Part shown: positions 20,246-30,152 of the stretch, piece after piece
Numbering within the stretch: position 1 is the first letter of the stretch
Layout: the number at the start of each line of letters is the position of its first letter
IMG/VR virus record: IMGVR_UViG_3300028591_000078
Location: 1-64,000 of that record
Origin: a virus
Taxonomy: Duplodnaviria; Caudoviricetes
Length of the DNA stretch: 64,000 nucleotides
Reading direction: 5' to 3' (one strand)
Position numbers and translations under genes: made by a program
Notes under the pieces: generated by a model
Databases searched by the model: none
Told to the model about the DNA's origin: nothing
Seen by the model: only the letters and a program-made list of their open reading frames with translations

Positions 20246-21491
20246 TAAAATATTCAAACTTACAACAGCAAATGAAAGAATATGTATAGCAGAATTGATT
20301 TCATATAATGATGCAGTTACTCTTATACATGATGCTACTAAGATTTGCTGGGATAAACCTCCTGCAAAGACATATAAAGAGAAGAAAGAATTCATTCGTA
20401 AGAGAGTTGCTACAGGACATGAATCTATATTAGAGCATGGTAATATAACAATGCTTCTTATAATAGATAAGAAATACCTTGAAGATTATGCTAGCCTTAG
20501 CTTCAGATATCTGAATACAAGAATAGTTAATGGATATGAAGATGGTGAGGTAGTTGAGTATCACATTCTTATAGGAGGTTCTATTAGAGGATATAAGCAT
20601 CTTTTTAGAAGCCTTACTGATAGGAATAATAAATGTGCTCAGATGATAGCAAAAGTACTATATGAAATAACTCCTAGAGAATTCTGGATAGATCTTATAG
20701 ATGATTACGTTCTTAAAGATCGTTTCACTACTATAATGACTGATCATGAATTTGAAGAAGGTAGAGAACCTATAGAAGATGAAGAAGATTACTCAGAACT
20801 TCATCCTGTAGATTCTGGTAGTGAATTAGTAGATATCTGCAATATGGATGATATTACAGATATTGAAAATAAATGTGATGACTTTGGTTTCGGTATGGAT
20901 GATTATCTTGATATGGCTACTATAACTATCAAGTTCAACAACATGTCTAGAATAATCACCCAGCAGCTTACTCGTCATAGAAATGGTACTACTCAAGCAT
21001 CTGGTAGATATATAGATCTGTCCGATAAGGTTAGATTTAACTCACCAGATACTTTTAAAGATAAGTATAAAGGTAAAACTTATAATATCACCATTGGAGG
21101 TAAAGCTTTTAATGGTCTTACTCTCCAAGAATTAGGTGATATGCTTACCCCTATATACGGTCAGCTTATAGATCAGGGTCTTGATAGAGAAGATGCTAGA
21201 GGATATTTACCTCAGAACTCTCAGTGTGGTCCTGTATATATGACCTTCACATATAGATCGCTGTTAAAGTTCCTTGAACTTAGAACAGCAAAATCTGCTC
21301 AGGCAGAAATAAGAATGTATGCTAATATTATCTATAATGCTCTTCATGAGATATTAGAAGATAAATTACATACTACGGACTTGTATTGTTATCTTGAACC
21401 TATATATAAATCTGCAGAGCTTGCTAATGAGGCTACAGAGGTTCTTGAAACAACAGAAGAAATCATCGAGGAGGATAATAAAGATGACTGA
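20232..21491 (+). CDS. thyX: Flavin-dependent thymidylate synthase
   Basis: GHESILEH, SRIITQQLTRHR..TQASGRY, EDARGYLP, FLELR..KSAQAEIR. Confidence 0.9.
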   Translation: MGLLDKIFKLTTANERICIAELISYNDAVTLIHDATKICWDKPPAKTYKEKKEFIRKRVATGHESILEHGNITMLLIIDKKYLEDYASLSFRYLNTRIVNGYEDGEVVEYHILIGGSIRGYKHLFRSLTDRNNKCAQMIAKVLYEITPREFWIDLIDDYVLKDRFTTIMTDHEFEEGREPIEDEEDYSELHPVDSGSELVDICNMDDITDIENKCDDFGFGMDDYLDMATITIKFNNMSRIITQQLTRHRNGTTQASGRYIDLSDKVRFNSPDTFKDKYKGKTYNITIGGKAFNGLTLQELGDMLTPIYGQLIDQGLDREDARGYLPQNSQCGPVYMTFTYRSLLKFLELRTAKSAQAEIRMYANIIYNALHEILEDKLHTTDLYCYLEPIYKSAELANEATEVLETTEEIIEEDNKDD

Positions 21492-22293
21492 AGAAGTAAA
21501 GATCGAAAAGATCGGAGAAGTAAATGAAGAACCTACAGAGGTTGAACCTGTAGAGGTTAAGGCTGTAGATGAGCCTGTAGAAATGACAGAAGAGAAAACT
21601 AATGATCCCAGACCTATAATCCATATCAAGCTGCTTAATGCTGCAACAGAGTCTTTTAATGATGAAGCAAGTGAAACATTTAGACAGATAGCTAGTAATC
21701 TGTCTGAAGCTGGATATTTTCCTATTATCACATCTTCTAATATAGACTTTGTTGATGCTAAGCCTGAAGATACTATCGGAATTATAAATGGCAATAGTAT
21801 TACTATTCAGGATATTATCAATGTAAGAGATGGTAAGTATGGTACTACCGAAAAGGTATATACTGAGAAAGAGCTTGTGGATGCTGTATCTCTTGCTGCT
21901 ACTCGTATCAAGCAGGTAGATGACTTTATTGATAATATCAATGCTAAGATTCAGATGATCTTCCCTAACACTACAGAATTCTATTCTATGATTACTCTTC
22001 CTGAGGATTATAGAACTGAAGTAGCTGTTACTGGACGTCCGTCTTTCAGTGTGCAGTCTAATAACCCGATGTTTACTACTACTCTGACAAGCCTTATTGA
22101 GAATAATAAGGATGAAGCCGGTAATGTAGATGTCCTTGCTACACTCTCTGCATATCTTGATAAAAAGATTAGAGAGAATATGGAGAAGGATGTTAGGGTT
22201 ATTAAGCGTGATGAAAATGGAAATCCTGTAGAGAAGATAGTAACTCCTGAAGAAGTTGCAGAAGGTCTTAAAGCTAAGGCTGAGGAAGAATGA
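21484..22293 (+). CDS. Hypothetical protein with acidic N-terminus
   Basis: Start reassigned to ATG 21484 after RBS gaggagg. Confidence 0.7.
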   Translation: MTEEVKIEKIGEVNEEPTEVEPVEVKAVDEPVEMTEEKTNDPRPIIHIKLLNAATESFNDEASETFRQIASNLSEAGYFPIITSSNIDFVDAKPEDTIGIINGNSITIQDIINVRDGKYGTTEKVYTEKELVDAVSLAATRIKQVDDFIDNINAKIQMIFPNTTEFYSMITLPEDYRTEVAVTGRPSFSVQSNNPMFTTTLTSLIENNKDEAGNVDVLATLSAYLDKKIRENMEKDVRVIKRDENGNPVEKIVTPEEVAEGLKAKAEEE

Positions 22294-22401
22294 CACCATT
22301 CGCCTCCTAGGGATGATATATAATAAAAAGGATAGTCGGTGCAAGAGCACCGGCCTTCCTTTTGTTTAGTCGAACATATATGTAAGAAAGTAGGTGAGTA
22401 T

Positions 22402-23151
22402 ATGCGCGACTTTGATCAGGTAGTCACAGCAGACAAGAATACCAATACTCAGATACTTATATCATCAGATATTCCGATGTACTCTGTAAATGACTACGAT
22501 CTTTATGATGAAAAAGATAGAAAGAAATATATAGAAGACGTTAAGAGAGATGCTAGAAGTAGCTATGAATATCATGCTATGGTAGCATTCCTTAAAGAAA
22601 ATATGGATATGAGACGATGCTCTTTCTTAGAGAATGTCGAGAACTATGGTAATGGATGTAAAGTTAAAATAGAACTTCATCATCATCCATTTACTATAGA
22701 TGATATCATTCATATTGTATTAGAAAAAAGAATACAGATGCATGAACCACTCGATGTTGAACTTACCTCTAAGGAAGTAATGTATTTACATTATAATCTT
22801 ATGGTAGGTTTAATACCATTGTCTCAGACTGCACATGAAGCAGTACATAATAACTATATATTCATTCCTAATGAGAAAGTGTATGGTAATTATAAGAGGT
22901 TTGTAAATCTATATTATAACTTCATAGATCCTGAACTACTTGACAAGTTTGATAGACTTGAAGAAATAGGAGATCAGGATAATACTGCTCATTATACAGT
23001 ATTCGAACAGAATAGAATCTATATAATTCCTGAAGGTGAATATAAACAGCCTGATCTGAAGGAGTTACAATCTACTTTACAGACTAGGCTGGATAATCTT
23101 AGAAATGAAGATACTAAGGTTATAATTAATCCTTTCATACACTTAGAATAA
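22402..23151 (+). CDS. HNH-like nuclease-fold protein
   Basis: RRCSF..KIELHHHPF...LIPLSQTAHEAVH; start ATG 22402 after aggtga and an AACA-N6-TAA motif at 22373. Confidence 0.55.
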   Translation: MRDFDQVVTADKNTNTQILISSDIPMYSVNDYDLYDEKDRKKYIEDVKRDARSSYEYHAMVAFLKENMDMRRCSFLENVENYGNGCKVKIELHHHPFTIDDIIHIVLEKRIQMHEPLDVELTSKEVMYLHYNLMVGLIPLSQTAHEAVHNNYIFIPNEKVYGNYKRFVNLYYNFIDPELLDKFDRLEEIGDQDNTAHYTVFEQNRIYIIPEGEYKQPDLKELQSTLQTRLDNLRNEDTKVIINPFIHLE

Positions 23152-23185
23152 AAAATAAACCCGTGGATCACTCCACGGGTTATTT

Positions 23186-23551
23186 TTATGGTAAATAATC
23201 AACTTCTATTGAATATACTCTATCTTTTGAAATAGCTATTAATGTCTTTATAGGAAGCAGGCAATCAGTATAGTCAAGACATACATTATCTATTATGCCA
23301 TTTTCGATATTTGTTTCATCGGCATTAGATATTATACTATCATGAATTACTTCCCATACTTTTTGGAACTCATTTCTATCTATCTCGAAAGATTTATGGA
23401 ATCCATATAAAAGATGGGTGTCTTTAACTCTAAAAGTTTCTGAAGATGTATAAGTTTTCCTATTCTTCATAGACCATGACAAATCTCCAAGTTTTATACA
23501 GATACTCTCCATAAGAATATCTGATATATTATGATATACTACTATCTTCAT
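23186..23551 (-). CDS. Small early protein, paralog of 23548..23922
   Basis: ATGA overlap with the upstream ORF; shared motifs with it. Confidence 0.7.
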   Translation of the reverse strand: MKIVVYHNISDILMESICIKLGDLSWSMKNRKTYTSSETFRVKDTHLLYGFHKSFEIDRNEFQKVWEVIHDSIISNADETNIENGIIDNVCLDYTDCLLPIKTLIAISKDRVYSIEVDYLP

Positions 23552-23922
23552 AACTCCACCTCATATATTCTTTCTACAGTATTAGACCTCATTATATCAG
23601 GGTAGCTTACTACACATCCAGACATAAATGGCATTCCAGCTTCGGTAAAATCTATAACGAAGTTAGCTAAAATATCACCATCGTAATCTGGTTGTCTGGT
23701 ATCTTTTAATGCATTTATTATGATTTCAATTATTCTGGAGTAGTCTGATAAATTGAATATCAGAACGTCCAGATAATTTAACTTTAATCCACCAGGAGAT
23801 TTGAATATTCTTGGAGAGTCCTTGTTAAGATACTCAATCTTTTCTTGGTCGAGTATACCACATATAGTTTTAATCTCCTTGTTTGAAAAGTTGTGTGAAA
23901 GTTTTACTTTAGCGATATTCAT
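23548..23922 (-). CDS. Small early protein, paralog of 23186..23551
   Basis: RBS aaaggagga; early-type AT motif at about 23961-23979. Confidence 0.75.
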   Translation of the reverse strand: MNIAKVKLSHNFSNKEIKTICGILDQEKIEYLNKDSPRIFKSPGGLKLNYLDVLIFNLSDYSRIIEIIINALKDTRQPDYDGDILANFVIDFTEAGMPFMSGCVVSYPDIMRSNTVERIYEVEL

Positions 23923-24043
23923 ATAAATCCTCCTTTACTTGAATACCAAGGCTTTCTTACATCTATATATTATATATTTGAAAACGGATTAAATTACTAC
24001 CCGCAACATACCATTAATACTATTCTAAAAAGGAGGTATTAAT

Positions 24044-25414
24044 ATGGCTGATAATCAGTGGCCTTATGAAAGATATAGAAAAGTATCTTCTTTAAACTAT
24101 GAGCCTAGACGAATGTTAAACTCGTTTCTTATAACACCGTCTATGGAATTCTCTTACTCTTTATGTATAGAGTATATGAAGAGTTGGTTTTTGAAGAGGT
24201 TTAATAAACACTTCTTCGGTGATAATTATGAGTTTATATATGTAGATGGATCTCATGTATTCGATGAGTTTAATCTTAAAGATAGACAGAGATTACTGAT
24301 GAAAGCTGGACCTGATCAGGGTGCTCTTGCCATAATACCTACTATAGATGACGACTTTAATAGAGAACAGTTAGAGGATTCATTTATGGGTGCAGATATA
24401 ATGGTCAGAAGATCTAAATATCAGGATTCATTCTTTAAGGATATGAAGAATGATAGATATATTTCTGCGATACTGACATTAATATCTATGAACTTTGTAT
24501 TTAAAGTTAGAGTAGAAACTCTTGCTCAGCAGATGGATCTCTTTAAGAGAATGAAGTTGATGTATAGAGTTGGATATACTCAGGGTGAATATATAAGTAT
24601 GGATTATGTACTTCCTAGAGAACTTATGTATTCTATAGCTTTAGATGCTGGATATAAGATTAAGAATGGCGAGATAGAGAATCCTATAGCATTCTTATCA
24701 TATCTTAATAGACATTCGCAGCTTCCTATTCTTTATAAGCACCGTTGTGTAAATGGACATAATGAGTTCTTTACAAGAATGGATAATATGTATGTCTGGA
24801 TAAGTGCTGATAGTATATCTAGAGATCAGGGTGAAAGATTAAATTCGCTCACCTCTAAATATACTATAGAGATGAACTGTAAAGTTAGATTTCCTAGTGC
24901 ACACTATTATATATACCATACAGCTCAGAAGGTATTAAGTGCTAATACTGGAAAAGATTTGGAACCTTCTGATAATGTGTTTAAGACTGTATATAACTTA
25001 AGGCAGTTCTATATTCCGCCTACTAATCCTGATGGGTGGAATGCATACTTATATTCAGAGTATGAAGATGATCCTAATAAGATCTTAGAGATTGAATTTG
25101 AAGACTTCTTTGAAGGAAATGAGATCGCTAGACTTATTAAGCATGCTCTTGAAATACATATAAATCCGAGAAGATTTATAGATATAGAGTTATATAATGA
25201 TGGCGAGCGTTTAGATTATCACATGGAATGGGAGACTCTTAAGTTAACCACTAAAGAGAAAGCACATCTTGGTGATACTTATATAGTCATATACCTTGAC
25301 CTTGAATATCTAAACAATCATAGGGTTGAAGTTGATAATATACAGAATAATCGCTTCGGTCCTAACAATACAGCTCCTGTTATGATAGAGGAGGATAGAA
25401 ATGGAAGCAAATAA
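24044..25414 (+). CDS. Probable virion structural protein
   Basis: Late-type promoter at 24005 and RBS aggagg; no catalytic motif recognised. Confidence 0.6.
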   Translation: MADNQWPYERYRKVSSLNYEPRRMLNSFLITPSMEFSYSLCIEYMKSWFLKRFNKHFFGDNYEFIYVDGSHVFDEFNLKDRQRLLMKAGPDQGALAIIPTIDDDFNREQLEDSFMGADIMVRRSKYQDSFFKDMKNDRYISAILTLISMNFVFKVRVETLAQQMDLFKRMKLMYRVGYTQGEYISMDYVLPRELMYSIALDAGYKIKNGEIENPIAFLSYLNRHSQLPILYKHRCVNGHNEFFTRMDNMYVWISADSISRDQGERLNSLTSKYTIEMNCKVRFPSAHYYIYHTAQKVLSANTGKDLEPSDNVFKTVYNLRQFYIPPTNPDGWNAYLYSEYEDDPNKILEIEFEDFFEGNEIARLIKHALEIHINPRRFIDIELYNDGERLDYHMEWETLKLTTKEKAHLGDTYIVIYLDLEYLNNHRVEVDNIQNNRFGPNNTAPVMIEEDRNGSK

Positions 25415-28400
25415 GCAGACTATAGTAGATCCTAATGCTGGACCTACTCCTAAACTTATATCATTCGATTACAAGAAATGTGCTGATATGGCTAAAAAGA
25501 ATGCTTTAGCCGATAAGTGGATGAGTTCTACAAATCTTCCTATGATTAAGTATACTACCAATATGAGAGAATTGGAAGATATGTATGCAGCTTTTATGGA
25601 TGTACAGCATGATCAGAGACATAGATCTGATGAAGAGTCAATTCGTATATATGGTTATGATAATGATCATAGATATGAAATGATGAAAAGAGAAATAAAT
25701 AATATGAACTCTAAACAGCAGAATTGGTGGAAGCATAATGTAGAAATCATAGAACCTAATGATTATTACTATCCTAAGAATGAAGCTGCTGTAGAAGATG
25801 CAGATGAGCTTGCAAAAGCTTGGTCTATAGATACAAATCTTCCTATGCTTACTTATGCTGATACTAGATATGAAGCTAGGTTTACTGATGTATATAATCA
25901 GTATATATCTACACCTAAAGCTAATAGGAAGAAGATAGATCAGAAGTCTATTGAGTTATATGGTGAGGATATTCCTACTAGATATAATAGAGCTAGGTCT
26001 GAGATGAATTACTGCATAGATAGAGATGACTATTATGATAAACACTCTGAAGAAGATGAGCTAGATGACATAAAGTCTGATACACCTTTACGAGAGTCTA
26101 CAATAAATTCTATATACAAAGTATATGAAAGTATGCAGGGTATGGATTATGGATATCCTGATAAGTCTGGTAAGAATATTGCTAAAACAAATCCTGATAA
26201 TTTTGATGATGATAACTGGTTCTATAACTATTGGAAACTTTTATCTCCAAGTCAGTTGAAAAAGTATAGATGCGGAATATGCTATGACTTTGTAGAGTAT
26301 GAAAGAGAATTACTTGAAAAAGAAGGTCTTCATCCTCAGAGTTTCTATTTAGGATATCTTCCTGAAGCTAAAGTAGATGGTCCTACACATACTTTTATAT
26401 TGGTTGAAGATAATAAGAAGTGGGTATGGCTTGAATATTCGTGGAGAGAGTATGAAGGAGTTCATATTTGTAATTCTTTTGAAGATGCTCTATCTGATGT
26501 GGTGGTTAGGTTTATAAAAAATGATGCATCGAAACTTCAGAAGATATTCTGCAAACCTTATCCTAAACCTAAATATGGAATATCTATGAAAGAATTTCAG
26601 AAGTTTGTAATGGATGCAGATATGCCTACAGATACATCTACTGTACAGGAACTCTGTAACTGCTTGTATGAAGCTACATCAGATATCGAAAAAGCTAATA
26701 TACTTTATAAGCTGAACATTATAAGAGATCCTAGATACTTTCATATGTCTGAAACTTGTTATCTTGACAAGGTTATAAGTGATGCTATATTAGAAAAGGC
26801 ATCTACAGATTTATCTAGAAAGCTTGAAGATACACCTTATTTTACTCCTGATCAGTTATTAGACCTTGGAGTATTTGCTGGAGATAAGAATTACTATTCT
26901 TCTAATCCAGATAATACTACTCTTGATGATGGTGTAACAACGGATCAGTGGTTTACTAATTATATACAGCAATTTGATGGGCTAGTTTATGAGAACTATA
27001 CAGTTAAATGGATGCAAAAGTTGAGATCACTCTATAGAGACTTTGATTCTATAAAAGAGTCTGGCGATATAGATAAGATCAATGCTAGAAAGCAATCTAT
27101 ACTTGAGCTCGGATGGAATCCTGAAATAGAATTCTCTGAGCAAAATAGAATCTTTGCTACCCAGAAGATCAATGCTATATTAGAAATGAATTCTAATAGG
27201 TATGATCATGTAGATCTTACGTATACCAATAATGATCCTATTGGAGTATATATAGATAAAACTATAGATGATGGAGATGTAAGTCCTGTTTATATTATTC
27301 TCGATAAAGGTAGAAAATTAAGATCAGATATCATTAAAGTATTTACAGGATCAGAATATACTCATGCAAGTATAGGATTTGATGCAGATATGTCTCAGAA
27401 CTATACATATCTTGCTAATGGCTTCTCTAATGAAACTATAGAGTCTTATGCTGATGATGATATTACTGTATATGCTTTCTTTGTAAAGAATAATATAATG
27501 GATAAACTTAAGTATAGTATAAATGATTATAAAAATAATATTAAGAAATCTCATTATGATTTTAGAAAATTATTTGATTATGTTCTTGATAGAACTAGAG
27601 ATGCTAAATCTCAATATGATCAAGTATGTAGTACATTTGTACACAATATTCTTAAATCTGCAGATATTAATATTACTAAAGCTTCTAGAGGAATAGTATC
27701 TCCTAAAGATATAGATGATTCTATGAAATCTAATAAGGGTAAGATATATAAGGTCTATGATGGTCCAGCAAAGAAATATAATCAGCATGTTGTAAAAAAT
27801 AAACTTGCTAGAGTTAAACAGTCTGGTAAGATTAAAGTTCTTAAAGAACAGGAAGTCAATATACTTGAGTCAAATCTAGTATTAGACTTTATACATGATG
27901 AAGATGTATATAAGCTTAGAGAAAACTCTGAAGCTTTAAATGCTAACAATAAAGTCATATATGAGACCTTTATCAAACCTAGTACTGAATTAGTAGTATT
28001 AGAAGCTAAGTTATTCCCTGCACAGTTTGATAACGAGGGTAATCTTCTTATATATAAGAATAAGCTTAAGAAGTTAGACTATGCTCAGGAGTTCGAAGAA
28101 TCTAATAAATTGATTCAGCTTTATAAGAAGACTAATAATATAGAAGGTATGAAATATGAATGCTGTAAGCTGTGGTTCATGAATACCTCTATAGAAAAGC
28201 TTCTTAATAAGAATCATAATAAAGATATAGCTCGTAAAGAGCTTACTGACTGTAGAGCTAGAATACTTAATGTATTCTATAGTACTATGGAAACAGTAAT
28301 GCAAACTGAAAAGAATTGGAACTTTGTTGAGTTCTATAACAAAACTCCTTTCAGTGATGCATCAATAAAAGTAAACAATACAACAATCAAATATACTTTT

Positions 28401-28427
28401 GCTACGCTTAAAAGTTTAATAAAGTAA
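25401..28427 (+). CDS. Multidomain probable virion protein with transglutaminase-like and permuted papain-like (NlpC/P60) domains
   Basis: GICYD..THTF..WLEYSW; FTGSEYTHASIG...QVCSTFV; N-terminal duplicated TNLPM repeat. Confidence 0.6.
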   Translation: MEANKQTIVDPNAGPTPKLISFDYKKCADMAKKNALADKWMSSTNLPMIKYTTNMRELEDMYAAFMDVQHDQRHRSDEESIRIYGYDNDHRYEMMKREINNMNSKQQNWWKHNVEIIEPNDYYYPKNEAAVEDADELAKAWSIDTNLPMLTYADTRYEARFTDVYNQYISTPKANRKKIDQKSIELYGEDIPTRYNRARSEMNYCIDRDDYYDKHSEEDELDDIKSDTPLRESTINSIYKVYESMQGMDYGYPDKSGKNIAKTNPDNFDDDNWFYNYWKLLSPSQLKKYRCGICYDFVEYERELLEKEGLHPQSFYLGYLPEAKVDGPTHTFILVEDNKKWVWLEYSWREYEGVHICNSFEDALSDVVVRFIKNDASKLQKIFCKPYPKPKYGISMKEFQKFVMDADMPTDTSTVQELCNCLYEATSDIEKANILYKLNIIRDPRYFHMSETCYLDKVISDAILEKASTDLSRKLEDTPYFTPDQLLDLGVFAGDKNYYSSNPDNTTLDDGVTTDQWFTNYIQQFDGLVYENYTVKWMQKLRSLYRDFDSIKESGDIDKINARKQSILELGWNPEIEFSEQNRIFATQKINAILEMNSNRYDHVDLTYTNNDPIGVYIDKTIDDGDVSPVYIILDKGRKLRSDIIKVFTGSEYTHASIGFDADMSQNYTYLANGFSNETIESYADDDITVYAFFVKNNIMDKLKYSINDYKNNIKKSHYDFRKLFDYVLDRTRDAKSQYDQVCSTFVHNILKSADINITKASRGIVSPKDIDDSMKSNKGKIYKVYDGPAKKYNQHVVKNKLARVKQSGKIKVLKEQEVNILESNLVLDFIHDEDVYKLRENSEALNANNKVIYETFIKPSTELVVLEAKLFPAQFDNEGNLLIYKNKLKKLDYAQEFEESNKLIQLYKKTNNIEGMKYECCKLWFMNTSIEKLLNKNHNKDIARKELTDCRARILNVFYSTMETVMQTEKNWNFVEFYNKTPFSDASIKVNNTTIKYTFATLKSLIK

Positions 28428-28473
28428 GTAAAAATAAACGGGGCTATGAGTGCCCCGTTTTATTTTTGTCAAC

Positions 28474-29001
28474 TTATAGTCCAAGTATGGTTATTATATC
28501 GATTGTTTTGGCAAACTTGCTGACTTTATTAATTATATCATCTAAACTCTCTAGTTCAGATATGGTAGCTTTATATACATCATAATCATTATCACCTATT
28601 CGCCTTAGATATAATGTCTCCTGAAGTATGAGATTATTATTTTTACTACCTAATTTTAACGAAGCTCCGACCTCATATTTAGACATATCTACATTAAGAT
28701 TGAACTCTTGCTTCAACTCCTTTCCATAATCCTCAGCGTTTTCAAAAACGATATTCTTAGTTTCAAAAAGTATCTTATCACAAGGATATTTTTCCATTTT
28801 CTTGAAATTGTTAGGAGTTAGTCTATTGACCAGGACGCTGAATACGAATTGCGGGGTATCTTCTCTATAAAATTTATTTATAGCAAGCTCGGCAACCTCG
28901 CCAATAGCTATACCTCTCTTATATGCGGCCTCTTTAAAAAGATCAAACGTTTCTGTTTTCATTCTCATAGTTACAGGCTTTGCAATTTCAGTATTATTCA
29001 T
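28474..29001 (-). CDS. Early protein with N-terminal ribbon-helix-helix DNA-binding domain
   Basis: KPVTMRMKTETFDLFKEAAYKRGIAIGEVAELAINKF; RBS aaggagg; early-type promoter at 29050. Confidence 0.65.
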   Translation of the reverse strand: MNNTEIAKPVTMRMKTETFDLFKEAAYKRGIAIGEVAELAINKFYREDTPQFVFSVLVNRLTPNNFKKMEKYPCDKILFETKNIVFENAEDYGKELKQEFNLNVDMSKYEVGASLKLGSKNNNLILQETLYLRRIGDNDYDVYKATISELESLDDIINKVSKFAKTIDIITILGL

Positions 29002-29049
29002 GATATATTCCTCCTTAAATTACTAGCTATAAGCTAGAACCATTACCTA

Positions 29050-29068
29050 TCACTATTATAATATATAA
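29050..29068 (-). promoter_or_regulatory. Early-type phage promoter (copy 3)
   Basis: Identical 19-mer. Confidence 0.75.
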
Positions 29069-29171
29069 TCTACCAATTATACTTTTACATAGACACATAT
29101 ACCTCCCTATAGTCGATTAATTTTTAATAATAGCCTAAACATGTAAATAATCTACGATAAGGAGTGCTTAT

Positions 29172-29330
29172 ATGACTAAACGTAGTTTTATAGAACTCTT
29201 AACCACTATGTCTAAAGAGGATATAGATAGGTGGATTAAAGAGAAAGGCAAACCTAGAAAACCTATTAAAGTTTTTATTCATCTTGATGAATTAGAAGGT
29301 GAAATAAATGAACCTAATAAAGAAGTCTGA
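29172..29330 (+). CDS. Small protein, 52 aa (MTKRSFIELL...KPIKVFIHLDE...)
   Basis: RBS aaggag and AACA-N6-TAA at 29138; below the ORF-track size cutoff. Confidence 0.65.
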   Translation: MTKRSFIELLTTMSKEDIDRWIKEKGKPRKPIKVFIHLDELEGEINEPNKEV

Positions 29331-29484
29331 TGTAAAGCCTGTAAAAGTTGAGTTACCAAAACACTGGACTCTTGTAGAGGCTGCTAAAAGAGATCAGGAA
29401 ATGAAAAAGATATATCCAGACTATCCGTTAATATTTGAAGGTAATAAGGTTACAGATAAAAATACTGATAACCATAATATATAA
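29308..29484 (+). CDS. Small protein, 58 aa (MNLIKKSDVKPVKVELPKHW...)
   Basis: RBS gaaggtga; fills the gap before the next gene. Confidence 0.55.
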   Translation: MNLIKKSDVKPVKVELPKHWTLVEAAKRDQEMKKIYPDYPLIFEGNKVTDKNTDNHNI

Positions 29485-29511
29485 TCAATCCATATAAGGA
29501 GGAAACGTACA

Positions 29512-30048
29512 ATGGATGTAAAACAGCAGGGAGTAAAAGAGATCATTGATGAAATCCGTTCTGGACTTTCTCAGACATCCTCTTCTACTCGTGACGAGAT
29601 TAGAGTCATGAAAGCCCTTTTGAATGATAAAGAATTCAAGGTAGGTATTTATGACAAGAATGGTAAGGTTGGCGAGCGTTGCCCGTCACAGGAAATCAGA
29701 TCTATGATATCTGGAGTTGTAGCATCTACAACTAAGATTACTAACTCTGAGGCAGAACAGCTTGTAGATGGATATGAGTTTAAGAAGTCTGATGCAATTA
29801 CTATGATAGACTTCTCTAAGGATTACATCAATACAGCTCTGTCTACAGGAAGAAAGATTCCGCTTGGAGCTACAGAGAGTTCTAATATCTCTATCTCTAA
29901 GAAGGTAGTTGAAGCAAAGACTCGTCATTATCCTAAGAGAGTAGGAGTTAATGATGATGGTTCACCGAGATGTGAAACTGCTGAAGCTACTGTTCCGGCT
30001 CATGAGAGTATCAGAGTATTCTCTCCTTGTCCGACTTATATAAAGTAA
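29512..30048 (+). CDS. HU/IHF-like DNA-binding protein with N-terminal extension
   Basis: KKSDAITMIDFSKDYINTALSTGRKIPL...EAKTRHYP...ATVPAHESIRVFSP follows the HU fold pattern; RBS aaggagg. Confidence 0.6.
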   Translation: MDVKQQGVKEIIDEIRSGLSQTSSSTRDEIRVMKALLNDKEFKVGIYDKNGKVGERCPSQEIRSMISGVVASTTKITNSEAEQLVDGYEFKKSDAITMIDFSKDYINTALSTGRKIPLGATESSNISISKKVVEAKTRHYPKRVGVNDDGSPRCETAEATVPAHESIRVFSPCPTYIK

Positions 30049-30152
30049 ATATATGTCCGTATAGCTAGGCTATACGGACGTTTTTGTGTCTCTCGGCTAT
30101 ATTGATAGCCTGAACATTAGAGTAAATGCTTTAAGAGAGGAGGACTTTACAC

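Noticed and set aside
1930-23151. PFIH copies as a DNA repeat, CRISPR-like array or mobile element
   Set aside because: The copies use different synonymous codons, are irregularly spaced and are always in frame, so the conservation is at protein level.
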